In this document: piece after piece, positions 59,665-64,000 of the stretch
Layout of the letters: every line of letters starts with the position of its first letter
Numbering within the stretch: position 1 is the first letter of the stretch
From: Gemmatimonadota bacterium
GTDB lineage: Bacteria > Gemmatimonadota > Gemmatimonadetes > Gemmatimonadales > GWC2-71-9
Reading direction: 5' to 3'
Assembly: GCA_003246755.1 (NCBI GenBank)
Contig: QKDC01000165.1
Span: 1,651-65,650, forward strand
Length of the DNA: 64,000 nt
Made by a program: the position numbers and the translations under genes
Notes under the pieces: model-generated
What the model saw: the letters and a program-made list of their open reading frames with translations, nothing else
Databases searched by the model: none
Told to the model about the DNA's origin: nothing

Positions 59665-61233
59665 GTGGGAATCGAGTCCTTCGACGCAATCGTGATCGGC
59701 GCCGGCATAAACGGCCTGGTGGCGGCGGCCGCTCTCGGTAGAGCAGGTCGGAAAGTTCTCGTCCTCGAACGAGCGGAGCGGATAGGGGGGCAGGTCAGGG
59801 TCGAGGAATTCGCTCCCGGGTTCAAGGCGGGATCGTGGTCCTCCGATGCCGGGTGGGTCCCGCCTTCGATTATCGAGACATTCAACCTGAAGCTGGATCT
59901 GGTCACGCCGGATGTACCGCTCTCCGTCAGGGGCCCAGCTGGATCGCTCGCGCTGGCCAGCGATCCCGGGCGCCTGTCGGAAACACTCCGTCCCCTCTCC
60001 CGAACCGACGCAGACCGATGGCCTCAGTTTGCCACTCGAGTTCACCGAGTCGCGGGATTCCTCGAAGCACTCTACCAACTCCCGGCAATCGATATCGCGA
60101 CCACTTCGCTGCGAGAACTCGTGGCACTGCTCGGGGTGGGACGACGGTTTCGGTCGCTCGGCCGCGAAGACATGACGGAGGTGCTCCGGATCCTGCCGAT
60201 GTCGATCCAGGAATTGCTCGATGATTGGTTTGAGACCTCACTCTTGAAGGCAGCACTCGGTGTGGGGGGAGTCCAGGATCTTCGGCAAGGACCACGGTCC
60301 GGGGGCACTGCGTTCGTGTTCCTGCATCATTTGACCGGAGCGCCGCTCGGGAGCATGAGAGGGCGGGGGTACTGGCGTGCCGGGCCGGATGCCCTGGTCG
60401 GGGCACTCGACGAGCGGGCCAAAGGGTACGGTGTGTCGATCAGATCTCAGGCGAAGGTGGCGCAGATCCTGGTGCGGGAGGACGCCGTGGCCGGCGTGAT
60501 GCTCGAAACCGGCGAGGAGATTCGCGCCTCCGTCGTAGTCTCGACCGCGGATCCGGCGACAACCCTTCGGGGCATGGTGGATCCGGTGTGGCTCGACCCC
60601 GAGTTCCTCCGTGCCGTGGGGAATATCAAGTACCGAGGTTGTACGGCGTTTGTGCTCTACGCCATGGAACGCTTGCCGGAATCGCTCGGTGGGCCTGACC
60701 CTCTCGATGGAGTGGTCAGTCTCACGACCGACCTGGTCTCACTCGAGCGAGCTTCGGATGCGGCCAAGTATGGAGCCGTCTCCGACCACCCGCACGTCGA
60801 GTACATCGTTCCGACGGCCCGGTGGCCTGCCCTGGCCCCTCCGGGAAAGCATGTGATCCTCGCGCGAGTGCAGTATGCTCCCTATGCACTCGGTGAGGGT
60901 GCTGAGTGGGATGCGTCTGCCTCGGATCGACTCGGTCACGTGATCACGACCGCCCTCGAACGGGCTCATCCCGAGTTCGAGGATAGGGTGCTATACCGCC
61001 AGGTGGTGACTCCTCGAGATCTCGAACGGCGTGATGGGTTGACCCAAGGGGCCTTGAGCCAGGGTGAATTGACGCTCGACCAGATCCTGTTCATGCGGCC
61101 GGTACCGGGCTGGGCCAGGCATCGGATGCCCATTGCGGGGTTGTATCTTGGCGGTTCCGGCACGCATCCCGGACCCGGCATCGCCGGTGGTGCGGGGTGG
61201 CTTGCGGCGCGCGCCGTACTCGACGATCGGTAG
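59665..61233 (+). CDS. FAD-dependent oxidoreductase, CrtI-like (tandem paralogue of 58083..59663)
   Basis: Track ORF trimmed to GTG 59665, 1 nt after the upstream TGA. FDAIVIGAGINGLVAAAALGRAGRKVLVLERAERIGG. C-terminal GSGTHPGPGIAGGAG. Colinear with the preceding gene. Confidence 0.8.
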   Translation: MGIESFDAIVIGAGINGLVAAAALGRAGRKVLVLERAERIGGQVRVEEFAPGFKAGSWSSDAGWVPPSIIETFNLKLDLVTPDVPLSVRGPAGSLALASDPGRLSETLRPLSRTDADRWPQFATRVHRVAGFLEALYQLPAIDIATTSLRELVALLGVGRRFRSLGREDMTEVLRILPMSIQELLDDWFETSLLKAALGVGGVQDLRQGPRSGGTAFVFLHHLTGAPLGSMRGRGYWRAGPDALVGALDERAKGYGVSIRSQAKVAQILVREDAVAGVMLETGEEIRASVVVSTADPATTLRGMVDPVWLDPEFLRAVGNIKYRGCTAFVLYAMERLPESLGGPDPLDGVVSLTTDLVSLERASDAAKYGAVSDHPHVEYIVPTARWPALAPPGKHVILARVQYAPYALGEGAEWDASASDRLGHVITTALERAHPEFEDRVLYRQVVTPRDLERRDGLTQGALSQGELTLDQILFMRPVPGWARHRMPIAGLYLGGSGTHPGPGIAGGAGWLAARAVLDDR

Positions 61234-61243
61234 GAGGCTTCGG

Positions 61244-61807
61244 ATGAAGATCGCGTTCATCGGGTCGCACGGGGTCGGGAAGACGACACTGTGTTTCGAT
61301 CTTGCCTCCCGGTTGAAGCGCCTCGATCTCGGCGTGGAGATTGTTCGGGAGGTGGCGCGACTCTGTCCTCTCCCCATCAACCGGGAGACCACCCTCGAAG
61401 CGCAGGCTTGGATCCTCCACACCCAGATCGCCCATGAACTGGCCGCGTCGAGCCAGTACCAGGCGGTGATTTGCGATCGCTCCGTTCTCGACAACTACGC
61501 TTACCTCGTGCATCGGGTGGGTCCGAGGCCGGAGTATCACGCCCTGGTAGGGCACTGGATGAGTACCTACGACGCCCTGTTCAAAGTCCCGGTGATTCAG
61601 CACCCCTCTTTCGATGGGACCCGCGATATCGGGAGCGACTTCCAGGAGGCCATCGATCGCACCATCGATCGGCTCCTCGAGGAGTTTGCCATCCCCATCC
61701 ACCATCTCGAGGCTGGCGAACGCGAAGGCTGGGTAGATTCCGTTCTCTCGGTCATGCAGCTTCCGTTGCGACCCCCACAAATCGACATCTTCACGACCGC
61801 GCAATGA
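61244..61807 (+). CDS. P-loop NTPase (AAA_28 / NadR-kinase-like)
   Basis: Trimmed to ATG 61244, 5 nt after AGGAGG. Walker A IAFIGSHGVGKTT. Walker B-like AVICDRS. Confidence 0.6.
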   Translation: MKIAFIGSHGVGKTTLCFDLASRLKRLDLGVEIVREVARLCPLPINRETTLEAQAWILHTQIAHELAASSQYQAVICDRSVLDNYAYLVHRVGPRPEYHALVGHWMSTYDALFKVPVIQHPSFDGTRDIGSDFQEAIDRTIDRLLEEFAIPIHHLEAGEREGWVDSVLSVMQLPLRPPQIDIFTTAQ

Positions 61808-62925
61808 CCTTCCATTCGACGACCGCAACGTTCAAACAGGGAGCCCGCACCCTCCCCGGCGAGTACTACACGTCCCTGGAAGTCCTCGCCGAGGAACAGG
61901 ACCGCATCTTCGCTCGTCACTGGAACTGTGTCGGTCGAAGCGATCGGTTTCGTGTCCCCGGCGATTATGTCTTGTGCGCAGTGGCAGGGGAGTCGCTCAT
62001 CGTCGTGCGGGATGGTGGAGGCATCCTTCGAGCCTTCTTCAACCTATGCCGGCACCGTGGGACCCAGCTCTGTCAGGCACCTGCAGGGCACCTTCCGGGC
62101 ACGATTCAGTGTCCCTACCACGCCTGGACCTATTCCACCGATGGGCGTCTCCTCGGTGCGCCCCATATGCAAGATGTCGACGGGTTCGAACGCGGCGATT
62201 ACCCGCTGCATCAGGCCGCTGTGGCGGAGTGGGAGGGATTCGTTTTCGTGAATCTCGCCGAGAATCCGACGCCGTTCGACGAAGCGTGGGAGCCTCTCCT
62301 GGGACGGTGGGACCGGTTCAATCTCGGCGGGCTCGTCGTCGGGCATCGGGTCTCGTACGACGTCGCCGCGAACTGGAAACTGGTCTTCCAGAACTATTCG
62401 GAGTGTGTGCACTGTCCGATGATTCATCCCGAGTTGAGCAACGTATTACCCTTCCAAAGCGGTGCCAACGACCTCACCGAGGGACCCTACCTCGGGGGGT
62501 ACATGGAAATCACCGTCCCGAACGAAAGCGCGACGCTCAGCGGCAAGGCATGTGGTCAATTGGTCAACCCCGAGTTGCCCGAGGAGGATCGGCAGAGGGG
62601 GTACTACTACTCACTGATGCCGAACATGCTCCTCAGCCTCCAACCGGACTACGTCAACTACTACCTCCTCACTCCGACGGCCCCTGACCGGACCCTCGTC
62701 GCATCGGAATGGCTCTTCCATCCGGATACCCTCAGCGATCCCACCGCCAATCGAGAGGATGCGATCGGGTTCTGGGATGTGACCAATCGGCAAGACTGGG
62801 ACATCGTGGAACGGAGCCAACTCGGCATCAACTCGCGACGCTATGCGCCCGGACCCTACTCCGCCCGTGAAAGTGTCCCCGCCGCCTGGGACCGGGAGTA
62901 CCTCAGGCTGCTCGGGCGGAGGTAG
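61804..62925 (+). CDS. Rieske [2Fe-2S] aromatic-ring-hydroxylating-oxygenase alpha-subunit-like protein
   Basis: ATGA overlap at 61804-61807. Rieske motif CRHRG-x17-CPYHAW. Mononuclear-iron-like region ECVHCPMIHPEL. Confidence 0.85.
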   Translation: MTFHSTTATFKQGARTLPGEYYTSLEVLAEEQDRIFARHWNCVGRSDRFRVPGDYVLCAVAGESLIVVRDGGGILRAFFNLCRHRGTQLCQAPAGHLPGTIQCPYHAWTYSTDGRLLGAPHMQDVDGFERGDYPLHQAAVAEWEGFVFVNLAENPTPFDEAWEPLLGRWDRFNLGGLVVGHRVSYDVAANWKLVFQNYSECVHCPMIHPELSNVLPFQSGANDLTEGPYLGGYMEITVPNESATLSGKACGQLVNPELPEEDRQRGYYYSLMPNMLLSLQPDYVNYYLLTPTAPDRTLVASEWLFHPDTLSDPTANREDAIGFWDVTNRQDWDIVERSQLGINSRRYAPGPYSARESVPAAWDREYLRLLGRR

Positions 62926-62928
62926 CGA

Positions 62929-63201
62929 TTGTCGACTCCCGGGAAGCAATCGTGGCCGAAAGTGCTCCTCGGGCTGACGCTTCGGGCGGCGGTCAATCCT
63001 CGACTGGCGGTGGATCTTCTCCGGACCGGGTGGGCCTTTCGGCGCCGCGCATGGTGGCGCAGCTCACCGTTCCTCCCGACCCCCGACCGGGCCTACCTCC
63101 GCTGGCGGATGTACACAGCCTACGCCGATGAGGATGCGGTGCCACCGGTGCGGGACATCATCGCGTTCGCTCGGTGGCGTCGGGAGACGATGCATCTGTG
63201 A
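62929..63201 (+). CDS. Small Arg/Trp-rich hypothetical protein (90 aa)
   Basis: TTG start 3 nt after the Rieske gene stop. Its stop overlaps the ndh GTG. No motif recognised. Confidence 0.35.
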   Translation: MSTPGKQSWPKVLLGLTLRAAVNPRLAVDLLRTGWAFRRRAWWRSSPFLPTPDRAYLRWRMYTAYADEDAVPPVRDIIAFARWRRETMHL

Positions 63202-64000
63202 CCGAGCCCCATGTGGTGATCGTAGGGGGTGGGTTCGCAGGGCTGGAGGCCGCAAAGTCATTCCGGGGTGCCGCCGTGCAGGTCACGCTGGTGGACAAGA
63301 CCAATCACCATCTCTTTCAACCCCTCCTCTACCAGGTCGCGACCGCAGCTCTCTCCCCCGGGGAAATCGCCCGACCCATTCGCTCCATTCTGCGCCGTCA
63401 CCGGAATATCACGGTCGTTCTCGGTGAGGCGACTCGTGTCGATGTCGAAACGCATTCCCTCGTCATGTCGGATGATTCCACTCTGTCCTACGACTACCTC
63501 ATTCTGGCACCGGGGACACGACATTCGTACTTCGCCCACCCCGAGTGGGAGCCTCTGGCCCCCGGTCTCAAGACCGTGGAGGACGCCCTCGAGGTCCGTC
63601 GCCGGATTCTGATGGGATTCGAACGTGCGGAACGGGAGCCCGATCCGGTCGAGCGGCAACGACATCTCACCTTTGTGGTCATCGGTGGAGGACCAACGGG
63701 GGTGGAAGTGGCTGGCGCGATCGCGGAAATCAAACGCTTTGCCCTGGCCAGAGACTTTCGGCGGATTGATCCTCGGGATGCCACCGTGGTGTTGCTCGAA
63801 GGCGGCAAACGCCTGTTGCCGAGCTACCCAGGCGAATTGAGTCAGAAGGCGAAGGAAAAGCTACGGCGGCTCGGGGTGGAGGTCCGCACCGAGACGATGG
63901 TTACCGCCGTCGAACCCGGAGCGGTGATCGCCGGTGGCTGGCGCATCCCCACCGATACGGTAGTTTGGGCCGCCGGCAACCTCGCTCACCCCCTGTTGCA
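63198..64000 (+). CDS. ndh: Type II NADH dehydrogenase (NDH-2), 3'-truncated by the window end
   Basis: Absent from the ORF track because no stop falls in the window. Hand translation from GTG 63198 gives VTEPHVVIVGGGFAGLEAAKSF...NHHLFQPLLYQVATAAL...FVVIGGGPTGVEVAGAIAE. GTGA overlap with the upstream ORF. Confidence 0.85.
   Translation, partial: MTEPHVVIVGGGFAGLEAAKSFRGAAVQVTLVDKTNHHLFQPLLYQVATAALSPGEIARPIRSILRRHRNITVVLGEATRVDVETHSLVMSDDSTLSYDYLILAPGTRHSYFAHPEWEPLAPGLKTVEDALEVRRRILMGFERAEREPDPVERQRHLTFVVIGGGPTGVEVAGAIAEIKRFALARDFRRIDPRDATVVLLEGGKRLLPSYPGELSQKAKEKLRRLGVEVRTETMVTAVEPGAVIAGGWRIPTDTVVWAAGNLAHPLL

Noticed and set aside
58539-59906. 455-aa ORF antisense to the two CrtI-like genes
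   Set aside because: Shadow ORF spanning a gene junction. The sense frames have FAD-binding folds.

Overview
GC-rich, densely coding bacterial chromosomal segment with about 58 protein-coding genes. Many genes are joined by 4-nt ATGA/GTGA start-stop overlaps. I recognised no rRNA, tRNA, CRISPR array, transposase or integrase. The gene content (two giant sortilin/BNR-repeat proteins, three CRTAC1-type FG-GAP/UnbV proteins, type III glutamine synthetase) is reminiscent of Gemmatimonadota-like bacteria, but that is inference only. All calls come from reading motifs in the supplied translations and DNA; no database search was run. Housekeeping genes include udk, gluQ, an Slt-type lytic transglycosylase, rnhA, thiolase and hbd, thyA-folA, glnN (GSIII) and an NDH-2 that runs off the 3' end. 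Metal-related loci are a NiCoT/RcnA-like transporter, a ZnuA/ZnuB-like pair with an outer-membrane-protein candidate, a copZ-copA-csoR operon and a cupredoxin. Main observations: (1) selD is a selenoprotein gene. An in-frame UGA at 16125-16127 sits at the catalytic Cys/Sec position, so the ORF track truncated the gene. (2) A 32-codon single-TM ORF, absent from the ORF track, is joined by ATGA overlaps to both copZ and copA. Upstream lies a near-consensus promoter with a C-tract in its spacer. (3) An ~11.5 kb cluster (41906-53337) combines three CRTAC1/UnbV FG-GAP proteins, an UnbU-like polytopic membrane protein, a 5-TM-plus-multihaem cytochrome fusion and a lipoprotein cupredoxin. This is my best candidate for an undescribed extracytoplasmic redox system. 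(4) A tightly packed (overlapping or near-abutting) run from 56896 to the window end encodes a GcvT-like protein, two CrtI-like paralogues, a P-loop protein, a Rieske oxygenase, a small ORF and NDH-2; I cannot assign it to a pathway. (5) Two clear paralogues of an unknown secreted-protein family are present, one coupled to a sortilin/BNR giant. Many long antisense or alternate-frame ORFs in the track are GC-driven shadow ORFs and were rejected.
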